Shown: positions 35,958 to 48,431 of the stretch, piece after piece
Layout of the letters: the number at the start of each line of letters is the position of its first letter
Position numbering within the stretch: position 1 is the stretch's first letter
Origin: Squalus acanthias
Lineage: Eukaryota
Reading direction: 5' to 3'
NCBI GenBank assembly: GCA_030390025.1
Contig: JASTWF010000330.1
Location: forward strand, 62,001 to 126,000
DNA: 64,000 bases
Notes under the pieces: generated by a model
What the model saw: only the letters and a program-made list of their open reading frames with translations
Told to the model about the DNA's origin: nothing
The model's database searches: none
Translations under genes and position numbers: made by a program

Positions 35958-36154
35958 ATAGGAGCGAAACCATTTCCTCTAGTGGGAGAGTCCAGAACAA
36001 GAGGGCATACCCGTTACATTGTAAATCGTCCTTTCAACGGTGATATCAGGAAACACTTCACACAAGGCATAGTGGAAATCTTGAACTGTCACCCCAAAAA
36101 GTCTAGGATCATTTGAACAGTTCAAAACTGAGATTGATAGATTTTTGTTAGGTA
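35958..36154 (+). mobile_element. Small CR1 ORF2 C-terminal fragment
   Basis: gagtccagaacaagagggcat...aaactgagattgatagatttttgttagg. Confidence 0.7.
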
Positions 36155-37435
36155 ACATAGAAACATAGAAGATAAGAGCAGGAGTAGGCCATTCGGCCCC
36201 TCGAGCCTGCTCCGCCATTCGATGAGATCATGGCTGATCATCCAAATTCAGTGCCCTGTCCCTGCCTTCTCCCCATATCCCTTGATACATTTAGCCTTAA
36301 GAAATATATCTAACTCCTTCTTGAATATATTTACTGACATGGCCTCAACTGCCTTCTGTGGTAGAGAATTCCACAGGTTCACCACTCTCTGGGTGAAGAA
36401 ATTCCTCCTCATCTCAGTGCTAAATGGCTTACCCCTTATCCTTAGACTGTGACCTCTTGTTCTGGACTCACATGACATGGGGATCATTCTAGCTGCATCC
36501 AGTCTGTCTAGCCCTGTTAGAATTTTATAAGTTTCAATGAGATCTCCTCTCATTCTTCGAAACTCCAGCGAGTATAAGCCCAATCGACCCAATCTCTCCT
36601 CGTACGTCATGCCTGCCATCCCGGGTATCAGTCTGGTGAATCTTCGCTGCACACCCTCCATGGCAAGAACATCCTTCCTCAGATAAGGCGACCAAAACTG
36701 AACACAATACTCAAGGTGTGGTCTCACCAAGGCGCTGTACAGCTGCAGCAAGACATCCCTGTTCCTGTACTCAAGCCCTCTCGCTACGAAGGCCAACATA
36801 CCATTTGCCTTCTTAACCGCCTGCTGTACCTGCATACTTACCTTCAGCGACTGGTGCACAAGGACACCCAGGTCTCGTTGCACTTCCCCTTCTCCCAATT
36901 TATTGCCGTTCAGACAATAATCTGCCTTTCTGTTTTTGCCACCAAAGTGGATAACCTCGCATTTATCCACATTATACTGCATCTGCCATGCTTCTGCCCA
37001 ATCACCCAACCTTTCCAAATCATACTGGAGTTTCTAGGCATCCTCCTCGCAGCACACATGCCCACTCAGCATTGTGTCATCTGCAAACTTAGAGATATTA
37101 CATCTAGTTCCCTCGTCTAGATCATTAATATATATTGTGAATAGCTGGGGTCCTAGCACCGAACCCTGCGGTACCCGACTAGTCACTGCCTGCCACTCGG
37201 AAAAAGACCCGTTTATTCCAACTCTTTGTTTCCTGTCTGCCAACCAGTTCTCTATCCAAGTCAGTACTTTGCCCCCAATCCCATGTGCCTTAACTTTTCA
37301 CGTTAATCTCTTATGCGGGACCTTATCGAAAGCCTTCTGAAAGTCCAACTACACCACAACCACTGGTTCTCCCTTATGCATTCTACCAGTTACGTCCTCA
37401 AAAGATTCCAGTAGATTAGTCAAGCACGATTTACG
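36155..37435 (-). mobile_element. Young 5'-truncated CR1 LINE
   Basis: 256-aa ORF2 C-terminus (36248-37018) and (CTATGTTT)n tail; same subfamily as 42900-44703. Confidence 0.96.
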
Positions 37436-37439
37436 GTAA

Positions 37440-37620
37440 GGGTGTCTGTGTCTATACATACACACAAAGACACAAATACATGCAAACACACATATAGAAA
37501 CACACACACACAGACACAGATTCAGGCACACAGACACATATAGAAACACACACAGGCACATAAACACACATGGAGACACACATAAACAAACATTCAGACG
37601 GACACAGAAACACACAAATT
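37440..37620. repeat. Degenerate (CA)n tract
   Basis: Directly visible. Confidence 0.85.
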
Positions 37621-37950
37621 ACCGACACGCAGACTGAGCAGGAGGGAGAGGGTTAAGGTTGTAGGTGGATTGAGATCAGTGACGGAGAGAGAGATTTTAT
37701 AGAGGCTTCTGAAGGCACTTGTTCGGCACGTAACAGCCAGTCTGCCGATTTAGGGCCTAGTGTGGTACAAATCTGACCTCTCACCAAGGACTGTGTTTGA
37801 ACTCCCCACATTCATTTTACACAAAACCTTCAGATCAGTAAGGGTGAAAGGTCAAAGTATTGACCCTCTGACACCCAGCCCGTTGCTGAAGATTGTTTCG
37901 AGAGCTGTACCATGTCTTTTTCTTAATTAGCTTAACCTTATTATGTTGTG

Positions 37951-38157
37951 AGAAGTTGCACAACACCAGGTTATAGTCCAACAGCTTTATTTGAAATCAC
38001 AAGCTTTCGGAGCGCTGCTCCTTCGTCAGGTTAAGTCTGATGAAGGAGCAGCGCTCCGAAAGCTTGTGATTTCAAATAAAGCTGTTGGACTATAACCTGG
38101 TGTTGTGCAACTTCTCACTTTTGTCCACCCCAGTCCAACACCGGCATCTCCACATCA
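37951..38157. mobile_element. Penelope-like element terminal-repeat (pLTR) fragment in inverted configuration with hammerhead-like core
   Basis: 82-bp inverted arms 37948-38029 and 38037-38118; CTGATGA-aGGAGC-agc-GCTCC-GAAA motif; flanking ttattatg(t/c)tgtg direct repeat. Confidence 0.75.
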
Positions 38158-38959
38158 TTATTATGCTGTGATCGACACTGTCCAGATTTTCACCTAAACT
38201 CACTTCTCTTATTTGCTCTGGTTCATCACCCATTATAGATCCATCAGTGATTCCTCTCTTGTTGGGCTAATTACGTATTGGGTAAGAAAGGAGTCCTGAA
38301 CACACTGGAAATACTCCATTCCCTTTTCCCGTTTCGCTATCTCTGCTTGCCAGATTATTTAGTGTAGTTGAAATCTCCAATGATTATGATATGTATTTTA
38401 CTCATTTTATAGATTTGCTAACATTTTTTCCCCTCCAATTCTCTTCCACTGTTAGCTGGTCAGTAGAAGAACATTTTCAGTGTTATTTTAACCTGGTTTA
38501 GATCCCTGCTCCCTCGAGGCATCTGTATCCTATATGGAAACACGCTCAGCAGATCAGCAGGAATCGCTGGCCAATTATTCAAAAGTTTCAGATAAATGTA
38601 CAAAATGACCAAACATACAATTAAAGAAACAGGCTGTCAAAAATGATAAAAAAAACAAGGTCCAGTATATTTACAGAGAGGAGCCGATCGGAGGCAATGT
38701 GTACATAAGCGGGTGGATGTGTCACTGGAGGATGAAATGTAATAAAATGAGTTCAGGAATGGGGCTGGATGAGATTTGGAGGCAGAGATGCAGCAGAGGT
38801 TAAAACCCAAAGCAAGCTTCCCTCTAGATTAACAGCGAAATCTTGCAGGACTCCAAGCCCCTGGTGGAGCCTGGCACATCCTGGACGGCTCATTTTAAAA
38901 CTGGGGGGTGCAGAAGCTGTGACCAGCTCATGCAATGTGTTCAGAGCACGGGCTGGGCG

Positions 38960-39460
38960 CAGGGAGGAAACAGAGACAGAGGGGACAAAGAGAGAGGGAG
39001 AGAAAAAGAGAGAAAGGGAGAGTGAGAAAGAGCGACAGAGTGAGAGGAAACAGACAGCAAAATAAGTGAGAAAGAGAGATAGAGACTTAAAGCCAAGAGG
39101 GAGAGGGAAAGTGAGAATGAGGCAGAGATAGAGAGAGGAGGGGGAAAAAGGAGACAGTGGCAGGGATGGCGAGAGAATTAGGCAGAGAGAAGAAAGAGGG
39201 GCGACACAGGTGGAGAGATGGGGACTGAGAGTGAAGCAGGAAAAGGGAGCGAGAAGCAGTGAAGAGAAATGCAAAAAATTGAGAGACAGCGAGGCAGAGG
39301 GAAATTAGAGAATAGAGCAGTGGAGAATGAGAGAGAGAGAGGCGGGGAGAGATAGAGCAATTGAGAGAGAAAGAAACAGAGATGCAGAGATGAGAGTGAG
39401 GCAGAGCGAGAGAGATAAAATGAGGCAGATAAAGAGAGAAATATCAAGATAGAGGAAGCA
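38960..39460. repeat. GA-rich low-complexity tract
   Basis: Degenerate (GA)n/(GAGACA)n. Confidence 0.85.
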
Positions 39461-39910
39461 TGGGCTAGATAGAGAGTAAATCTCCCTCTACACTGTCCCA
39501 TCAAACGGTTTGTGGGTCTGAAACAATGGATGTCTATTGCCAATCTGCCTGAAGAAACCCGTTAAAGTGAGATATCCTGAACCCCGAACGGTCAGAGTGC
39601 TGACACTCTGGAACACCTGTCTTATCTCAATACCTTTCTGAATGTGTTATTAGGCACTTGCAGTGATTCCCTGCAGCGGTTTCCTCTCCCTATTTCCTGT
39701 GATTTCTAAATCTTCTCCCAGTCTCAGTCCACCCCCGAACACCTTGTCCTCGGACACACTGACCCTAAAGAGAAACAAGACACGGATGTCAAGCTGTGAT
39801 CATTGCAGTAAGTTTTATTTCTGACTACAGCCCATTATTCTGACAGCAGTGACACAGGGTCAGGGGAATACGGGACCTAAACAATCAAACAGAGCTTGCT
39901 TCCTGTGAAG

Positions 39911-41390
39911 CCTCCCAGAGTCGTAATGTGGATACCGCCCACTAAGGGGCACAATGGACATGATCTTCACCGCACGTCAATTACAAGAGAAATGCAGGGA
40001 ACAGCACCAACTGCTGTACATGGCCTTCTTTGATCTCACAAAGGCCTTGACACTGTCAACCGTGAGGGATTATGGAGTGTCCTCCTCAAATTCGGCTGCC
40101 CTCAAAGGTTTGTCACCATCCTCCGCCTGCTTCACGACGACATGCAAGCCGTGTTCCTGACCAACGGTTCCACCACAGACCCAATTCACGTACGAACCGG
40201 GGTCAAGCAAGGCTGTGTCATCGCACCAACGCTCTTCTCGATCTTCCTTGCTACAATGCTCCATCTCACCCTCAGTAAGCTCCCCACTGGAGTGGAGCTA
40301 ATTTACAGAACAAACGGGAAACTGCTCAACCTCCGTCGCCTCCAGTCCAGATCCAAGGTCGTCCCATCCTCTGTCGTCGAATTACAGTATGCAGACGACG
40401 TTTGCGTCTGCGCTCACTCGGAGGTCGAACTCCAAACCATCGTCAACACCTTCACTGAAGCATACGAGAACATGGGCCTTATACTGAACATCCGTAAGGC
40501 AAAGGTCCTCTACCAACCTGCCCCCGCCACACAGTACTGCCCCCCGATTATCAAAATCCACGACAAGGTCTTGGACGACGTGGACCACTTTCCATACCTC
40601 AGGAGCCTACTGTCAACAAGGGCAGACGTCGATGACGAAGTCCAACATCGCCTTCAGTGTGCGAGTGCAGCCTTCGGTCGCCTGAGGAAGGGAGTATTTG
40701 AAGACCAGGACCTCAAACCCGGCACTAAGCTCATGGTCTACAGAGCAGCAGTGATACCCGCCCTGCTGTATGCCTCAGAGACATGGACCATGTTCAGCAG
40801 GCACCTCAAAGCACTGAAGAGGTACCACCAATGCTGCCTCTGCAAGATCCTGTAAATCTATTGGCAGGATAGGCGCACCAACGTCAGTATTCTTGCTCAG
40901 GCCAACATCCCCAGCATCGAAGCTTTGACCAGGCTCGATCAGCTCCGATGGACGGGTCACATTGTCCGCATGCCCGATACGAGACTCCCAAAAGAAGCGC
41001 TCTACTCGAAGCTCCGACACGGCAAGAGAGCCCCAGGTGGGCAGAGGAAACGCTTCAAGGACCCTCAAAGCCTCCTTGAAAAAGTGTAACATCCCCACCG
41101 ACACCTGGGAATCCCTAGCCCAAGACCGCACATTGTGGAGGAGAAGCATCCGGGAAGGCGCCGAACTCCTCGAATCTCTTCACCGGGAGCAAGCGGAAGC
41201 CAAGCGCAGGCAGCGCAAGGAGCACACGTCAACCTAAGCACCCCACCCACCTGCCCCTTCAACCACCGTCTGCCCCACCTGTGACAGAGACTGTAGGTCC
41301 CGCATTGGACTCATCAGTCACCTGCGAACTCATTTTTAATGTGGAAGCAAGTCATCCTCGGTTCCGAGGGACTGCCTAAGAAGAAGAAGA
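39911..41390 (+). mobile_element. 5'-truncated RTE-clade LINE with (AAG)n tail
   Basis: DMIFTARQLQEKCREQ, TGVKQGCVIAPTLFSIFL, LQYADD and TKLMVYRAAVIPALLYASETWT; ends gcctaagaagaagaaga. Confidence 0.95.
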
Positions 41391-41579
41391 TTTCTGAGTA
41401 CAGCCCATTATTCTGTCAGCAGTGACACAGGGTCAGGGGTTACGAGACCTAAACAATCAAACAGAGCCTGCTTCCTGTGAAGGAAGGTTTCATTCAGTGA
41501 GAACGTGGAGAGCTCGGGCTGGTGGGAATCCATCACTGGATCTTTCACACAAGCAGAGTGGAAGAATTTGGTGATAGTA

Positions 41580-42675
41580 GGAATTCATTGCAAATTATTG
41601 ACCTAGTTAGGAAATTGGCTGAGCGGCAGGAGACAGAGAGTTGGGATAATGGGTAGGTACTCAAATTGGCAGGATTTGACTAGTGGTGTCCCGCAGGGAT
41701 CTGTGTTGGGACCTCAACTATTCACAGTATTTATTAACGATTCAGATGATGGCATAGAAAGTCATATATCTAATTTTGCGATGACACAAAGATAGGCGGC
41801 ATTATAGGCAGTGTAGATGAAAGCATAAAATTACAAAGTGATATTGACAGATTAAGTGAATGGGCAAAACTGTAGCAAATTGATTTCAATGTAGGCAAAT
41901 GTGAGGTCATCCACTTTGGAACTAAAAAGGATACAACAGGGTACTTTCTAAATGGTGAAAAGCTAAAATCAGTGAAAGTCCAAAGAGACTTGGGGGTTCA
42001 GATACATAGATCATTAAAATGTCATGAACAGGTACAGAAAATAATCAAAAAGGCTAATGGAATGCTGGCTTTTATGTCTAGAGGACTAGATTACAAGGGG
42101 GTAGAAGTTATGCTGCTGCTGTACAAAGCCCTGGTTAGACCACACCTGGAGTACTGTGAGCAGTTCTGGGCCCCGCACCATGGGAAGGATATATTGGCCT
42201 TGGAGGGAGTGCAGCGTAGGTTTACCAGAATGATACCCGGACTCCAAGGGTTGCGACGAGGAGAGATTACATAAACTAGGGTTGTATTCCCTAGAATTTA
42301 GAAGGTTAATGGGTGATCTGATTGAAGTTTTCAAGATATCATGGGGAACAGATAAGGTAGAGAGAGAGAAACTATTTCCACTGGTTGGGAATTCTAGGAC
42401 TCGGGGGCACAGTCTAAAAATTTGAGCCAGACCTTTCAGGAGTGAAATTAGGAAACACTTCTACACACAATGGGTGGTAGAAGTTTGGAACTCTCTTCCG
42501 CAAATGGCAATTGATGCTGGAGCAATTGTTAATTTTAAATCGGAGATTGATAGCTTTTTCTTAACTAAAGGTATTAAAGGATATGGGCCAATGTGCAGAT
42601 CAGCCATGATCTCATTGAATGGTGGAACAGGCTCAAGGGGCTCGATGGCACTACTCCTGTTCCTATGTTTCTATG
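41580..42675 (+). mobile_element. Degenerate CR1 LINE 3' portion
   Basis: LVRPHLEYCEQFWAP; 3' tail ctactcctgttcctatgtttctat. Confidence 0.92.
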
Positions 42676-42899
42676 GAGCAGTCGCCGTGACTGGTGAACT
42701 ATTCCAAGTAGATTCAGTTGCTGTGGGTTTGCAGGAGTTGTTTGCTGGTGTTAAATACCAGAATAAATTAATGAGAATGCACCAATTGAAACAGAAAATT
42801 CAGCACTTTCTGGGGAGGTGAATGGCCCAGACACATTGTTACTGAACAGTATTTAGAAAGGAACAGAACAAGGGAAAGGTGGATTAGATAACCTCACAG

Positions 42900-44703
42900 C
42901 CTTGCAGTCAGAATCAGGGGAATTTATAATGGGGAACAAAGAAATGGCTGACCAATTAAATACATACTTTGGTTCTGTCTTCACAAAGGAGGACACAAAT
43001 AACCTCCCAGAGATGTTGGGGAACATAGGGTCTAATGATAGGGAGGAATTGAATGAAATCAGTATTTGTAGGGAAATGGTGTTAGGGAAATTGATGGGAT
43101 TGAAGGCCGATAAATCCCCAGGGCCTGATAATCTACATCCTAGGGTACTGAAGGAAGTGGCCCTAGAAATAGTAGATGCATTGCTGGTCATCTTCCAAAA
43201 TTCTGTAGACTCTGGAACAGTTCCCATGGATTGGAGGGTAGCTAATGTAACCCCACTATTTAAAAAAAGTGGGAGAGAAAAAATGGGGGATTATAGACCG
43301 GTAAGCCTAACATCGGTAGTGGGGAAAATGCTAGAGTCCATTATAAAAGATGTAATAGAAGAGCACTTGGAAAACAGTGACAGGGTCGGACAAAGTCAAC
43401 ATGGATTTACAAAAGGTAAATCATGCTTGACTAATCTACTGGAATTTTTTGAGGATGTAACTGGTAGAATAGATAAGGGAGAACAAGTAGATGTGGTGTA
43501 TTTGGACTTTCAGAAGGCTTTCGATAAGGTACCGCATAAGAGATTGGCGTGCAAAGTTAAAGCACATGGGATTGGGGGTAAGGTACTGACTTGGATAGAG
43601 AACTGGTTGGCAGACAGGAAGCAAAGAGTTGGAATAAACGGGTCTTTTTCCGAGTGGCAGGCAGTGACTAGTGGGGTACCGCAGGGATCGATGCTAGGAG
43701 CCCAGTTATTCACAATATATATTAATGATCTAGACGTGGGAACTAGATGTAATATCTTCAAGTTTGCAGACGACACAAAGGTGGGAAGGCATGTGTGCTG
43801 TGAGGAGGATGCAGAGAAACTCCAGTATGATTTGGACAAGTTGGGTGATTGGGCAGATGCATGGCAGATGCAGTATAATGTAGATAAATCCGAGGTTATC
43901 CACTTTGGTGGCAAAAACGGGAAGGCAGATTATTATCTGAACGGCAATAGATTGGGAAAAGGGGAAGTGCAACGAGACCAGGGAGTCCTTGTGCACCAGT
44001 CGCTGAAGGTAAGCATGCAGGTGCAGCAGTCTGTTAAGAAGGCTAATGGTATGTTGGCCTTCATACCGAGAGGATTCGAGTACAGGAGCAAGGCTGTCTT
44101 GCTGCAGTTGTACAGGGCCTTGGTGAGACCACACCTTGAGTATTGTGTTCAGTTTTGGTCGCCTTATGTGAGGAAGGATGTTATTGCCATGGAGGGAGTG
44201 CAGCGAAGATTCACCAGACTGATACCTGGGATGGCAGGAATGACGTATGAAGAGAGATTGGGACAATTGGGCTTGTATTCGCTAGAGTTTAGAAGAATGA
44301 GAGGGGATCTCATTGAAACTTATAAAATTCTAACAGGACTAGACAGACTAGATGCAGGAAAGATGTTCCCGATGGCGGGGGAGTCCAGAACCAGGGGTCA
44401 CAGTCTAAGGATAAGGGGTAAGCCATTTAGGACTGAGATGAGGAGGAATTTCTTCACCCAGAGAGTTGTGAACCTGTGGAATTCTCTACCACAGAAGGCA
44501 GTTGAGGCAAATTCATTAAATATATTCAAGAAGGAGTTAAATATATTTCTTAAGGCTAAAGGGATCAAGGGATATGGGGAGAAAGCAGGGACAGGGTACT
44601 GAATTTGGATGATCAGCCATGATCTCATTAAATGGCGGAGCGGGCTCGAGGGGCCGAATGGCCTACTCCTGCTCCTATCTTCTATGTTTCTATGTTTCTA
44701 TGA
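42900..44703 (+). mobile_element. Young CR1 LINE, 5'-truncated, with uninterrupted 566-codon RT/C-terminal ORF2
   Basis: ORF 42902-44602 has all RT motifs (YRPVSLTS, YLDFQKAFD, GVPQGS, FADDTK); tail ctatgtttctatgtttctatg. Confidence 0.98.
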
Positions 44704-45445
44704 CCATCTCCAACAAGAGAGAGTCTAAGCACTTCCCCATGACATTCAATGGCATTATCATCGCTGAATCTGCCTGCCCCCCTCATCAATAACCTGGGGG
44801 GTCACCACTGACCAGAAACTCAACTGTACCAGCCACATTAACATTGTGCCTACTACAGCAGGTCAGCAGTTGGGAATTCTACAGCGAGTGACTCACCTCC
44901 TGTCTTCCCAGAGCCTTTCCACCACCGACATGGCACAAGCCAGGAGTGTGATGGAATGCTCTCTACTTGCCTGGAGCTCAACAAGCTTGACACCATCCAG
45001 GACAAGCGAGTCTGCTTGAGCGACAGCCTATCCACCATCATAAACATGACCTCCCTCCACCACCGGCGTACCGTGGCTGCAGTGTGCACCATCTACAAGA
45101 TGCAGTGCAGCAACTTGCCAAGGCTTCTTTGTCAGCACCTCCCAAACTCACGACCTCTTCCACCTAGAAGGACAAGGGCAGCAGGCACATGGGAACACCA
45201 CCACCTCCAAGTTCCTCTCTAAGTCACACACCATCCTGACTTGGAAATATATCCCTGTTCCTTCATCGTCGCTGGGTCAAAAACCTGCATCTCCGACCTA
45301 ACAGCACTGTGTGAGTATGTTCAATAGACGGACTGCAGCGGTTCAAGAAGGTGGCTCACCACCACCTTCTCAAAGGCAATTAGGGATGGGCAATAAATGC
45401 AGGCCTTGCCAGCGATGCCCAGATCCCAGCAACGAATAAAAAAGA
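44704..45445 (+). mobile_element. LINE (CR1/L2 group) 3' fragment
   Basis: Degenerate ORF2 C-terminus (KLDTIQDK...SLHHRRTVAAVCTIYKM) followed by AATAAA and an A-rich end. Confidence 0.75.
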
Positions 45446-45939
45446 CTGGTTAGTTGAGGACTGGAGTCATGTCAAGATCTATGATAGAGGTTGGGTAAAT
45501 GTTTTGCTGTTCTTACTGATAATTTAATCCTCAAATCCGTAGGGTTGATAACACTGAGTTTCAGAAGTAAGATATTTATTAAGTATTCAAAAATTAAACA
45601 TACATAACAGCCAATGCTTCCGACAACACCTTGCTAGATTTAGCCTGAGATTTCAAACGTGTCACAGTCCCGAGCTCAGTGTACAGGATGATCAGATCGC
45701 AACCGAATTCCAAAGTGTCAGTTCCAACACCCACTTTTTATACCTTCTCCTTACTCCTTCCACATGACAATTCGCCTGTTTCATAGTTACGTCAAGATGC
45801 ATCCTGGATTATGTTTCAGTCAACGCTGATTTAAATTCTGTCCTGTTACCTACAGATCCCTCACTCCCATGACTTGACTCACCCTCCTTAACTGTCCAAT
45901 TCCAGGCTCTGGTCTTTCTCAGGCAGGTTCTTATCTCGT

Positions 45940-46382
45940 CTACATTGGCTCCTGGTCCGAAAATGCCTCGATTAAAAAAAAATCTCATCCTTGTTTACAA
46001 ATCCCTCCATGGCCTCGCCCCCCTCCCGATCTATGGAACCCCTTCCAGCTCCACAGCCATCCGCGATCTCTGCATTCCTCCAATTCAGGCCTCTTGTGCC
46101 CCCCCCTCCCCTCCATTTCCTTTGCCCCACCATTGGCGGTCGTGCCTTTAGCCGCCGAGGCCCACAAGCTCTGGAATTCCCACCCTAACCCCCCCCCCCC
46201 TCCTCCTGTAGGACCTTTTTAAAAACCCACCTCTTTGACCCAGCTTTTGGTCACCTGTCCTAATATCTCCTCCTGTGGCTCGCTGTCAAATTCTGTTCGA
46301 TTTACGCTCCTGTGAAAGGCCTTGGGACATTTGACTATGTTAAAGGTGCTGTCTAAATGCAAGTTATTTTTGTTGTTGTTTT
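45940..46382 (+). mobile_element. L2 3' end fragment
   Basis: Homologous to 35130-35552 (ctctttgaccaagcttttggtca...gttgttgtt). Confidence 0.85.
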
Positions 46383-46506
46383 AAGGCTTCAAGGCCTCCG
46401 TTCCAATGAATGGAACCTTTCTCTCCCTCTTCAGTACAAAGGGGATGTTTTCAGCCTGTGCTGTGTCTGTGCTGAACCCTTCCTGACCCGCGTGGCGATG
46501 TCACAT

Positions 46507-46940
46507 GCGGCTCAGTGGGCCGCACTCCAGCCTTCTGAGTCAGAAGGTTGTGGGTTCAAATCCCACTCCAGAGACTTGAGCACAAATATCCAGACTGGCA
46601 TTCCCGCACAGTACCGAGGGAGCCCGTGGCACTGTCGGATGGTGCCTTCTTTCAGGTGAGATGTTCAGCTGAGGCCCCGTCTGCCCTATCAGCGGGACGT
46701 AAAAGAGGAGTTCTGCTCGGTGTCCTGTCCAATATCTATCCCTCAATCAACATCGCTACAAACAGATTATCTGGTCATTTACAAATTGCTGTTTGTGGGA
46801 GCTTGCTGTGTGTAGATTGGCTGCCGCGTTTCCTACATTACAACAGTGACTACAATTCAAAAAGTACCTCATTGGCTGTAAAAAGCTTTGGGACGTCCAG
46901 AGGTCGTGAAAGGCGCTATATAAATGCAATCCTTTCCTTC
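46507..46940 (+). mobile_element. tRNA-derived Deu-domain SINE (SacSINE1-like)
   Basis: tRNA-like head (ggctcagtgg ... ggttcaaatccc), Deu-type core ctgtcgga.ggtgcc.tctttc.g.tgaga.gtt...ctgaggcccc, and L2-type tail ggcgctatataaatgc. Family name from recall. Confidence 0.78.
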
Positions 46941-47244
46941 TTTCTCACCCATGTCTCCGATCAACTTCTCTCATTAAACGAGTGGTTACAACCTTAGATT
47001 TGCCATCTGTTTCTCAGTGTGTGAAGATATTCCCATTGACGAATCTTACTTTTCCCATACAGACCCCAGCATCTGCCACCTCATTGTCTTTGATGTAATG
47101 TTTTCCTGACTGACCTGTTTGGCCACCATCCACACCTGTGATTTCCGTGATGAACTCTCTGCCGAGGTGTGATAAAGGGCAGTTAGAAAGATTAACTGTA
47201 ATCATCTGGCAGTGTTCTCTGACTATATATGCTGTGCCTATATA

Positions 47245-47735
47245 AACATAGAACATGGAACAGTACAGCACAGTACAGGCCCTTCGGCCCTCGATGTTGT
47301 GCCGAGCATTGTCCGAAACCAAGATGAAGCTATCCCACTCCCGATCATTCTGGTGTGCTCCATGTGCTTATCCAATAACCGCTTGAAAGTTCCTAAAGTG
47401 TCCGACTCCACTATCACAGCAGGCAGTCCATTCCACACCCCAACCACTCTCTGAGTAAATAATCTACCTCGGACATCCCTTCTATATCTCCCCCCATGCA
47501 CCTTATAGTTATGCCCCCTTGTAACAGCTACATCCACCCGAGGAAATAGTCTCTGAACATCCACTCTATCTCTCCCCCTCATCATCTTATAAACCTCTGT
47601 TAAGTCGCCTCTCATCCTCCTCCGCTCTAAAGAGAAAAGCCCTAGCTCCCTCAATCTTTCCTCATAAGACCTCCCCCCCAAACCAGGCAGCATCCTGGGA
47701 AATCTCCTTTGCACTCTTTCCAATGCTTCCACGTG
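47245..47735 (-). mobile_element. CR1 LINE 3' fragment
   Basis: ALERVQRRFPRMLPGL...LFSLERRRMRGDL...TRGHNYKV. Confidence 0.92.
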
Positions 47736-47740
47736 CATCT

Positions 47741-47833
47741 CTTCACTTCACCTGACGAAGGAGCAGCGCTCCGAAAGCATGTGATTTCAAATAAAGCTGT
47801 TGGACCATAACCTGGTGTTGTGCGACTTCTCAC
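47741..47833 (+). mobile_element. Single-arm copy of the Penelope-like terminal repeat
   Basis: ctgacgaaggagcagcgctccgaaagc...cttctcac, near-identical to 38037-38118. Confidence 0.8.
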
Positions 47834-48431
47834 ATTACTTCACAAAGGCTGACATTATAACAATATAAAGAAAGTCCATCACCAGCGTTACATTAGCATA
47901 CTTCACATCAGTCTGATAAAAACTCTCCTGACAGAACCCTTTCTAAAACCCCGCTTAAAAATCCCATTTACACACCTTTTACAGCAACATTTAAATCCCT
48001 TAAAAACACCATTTTAAACATTTTGAATCCCTTTTATACACCTTTAAAAACGCCATTAAAGACACTTTTTTACTTTCCTTTTTAAAGCCTTTTATACAAC
48101 TTTTTAAACCTTTTAAACAAGTTTTTAAACAAAATTTTAAACCACTTTCTAAAAACATTTTATACCCCCTTTCAAAACGATTTTAAATCCCTGTTAAACA
48201 CCAGACCCCACCCCAACACAAATCCGGTCATTTCCCTTTCTTAGTTCCAGGTTTAGCCACTTTTACATCTTCAAACTTCAGTGGGAGTTTCTTGCACGGG
48301 AGGTGGTCTTTCAACATGTCTCGTACCTGGGAACGGACAAGAATCACCCGGTGAGGAGCGAGCGAGCATAGAGAGGGATCGCTGTTACACCACACCTTAC
48401 CGAGGGCTCTCAGTAAACATCAGCGAGTCCC

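Noticed and set aside
39722..39807. Plus-strand exon-like segment (tcttctcccag ... |gtaagt)
   Set aside because: Lies beyond the gene's stop and polyA signal, has no recognisable peptide, and no partner exons were found.
45546..45940. Possible solo LTR (minus-strand TATAAAA and AATAAA)
   Set aside because: No TSD or clear second terminus; the right end merges with an L2 fragment.
47930..48200. A/T-tract-rich stretch suggestive of bent DNA
   Set aside because: I could not establish ~10-bp phasing by eye; treated as low complexity.
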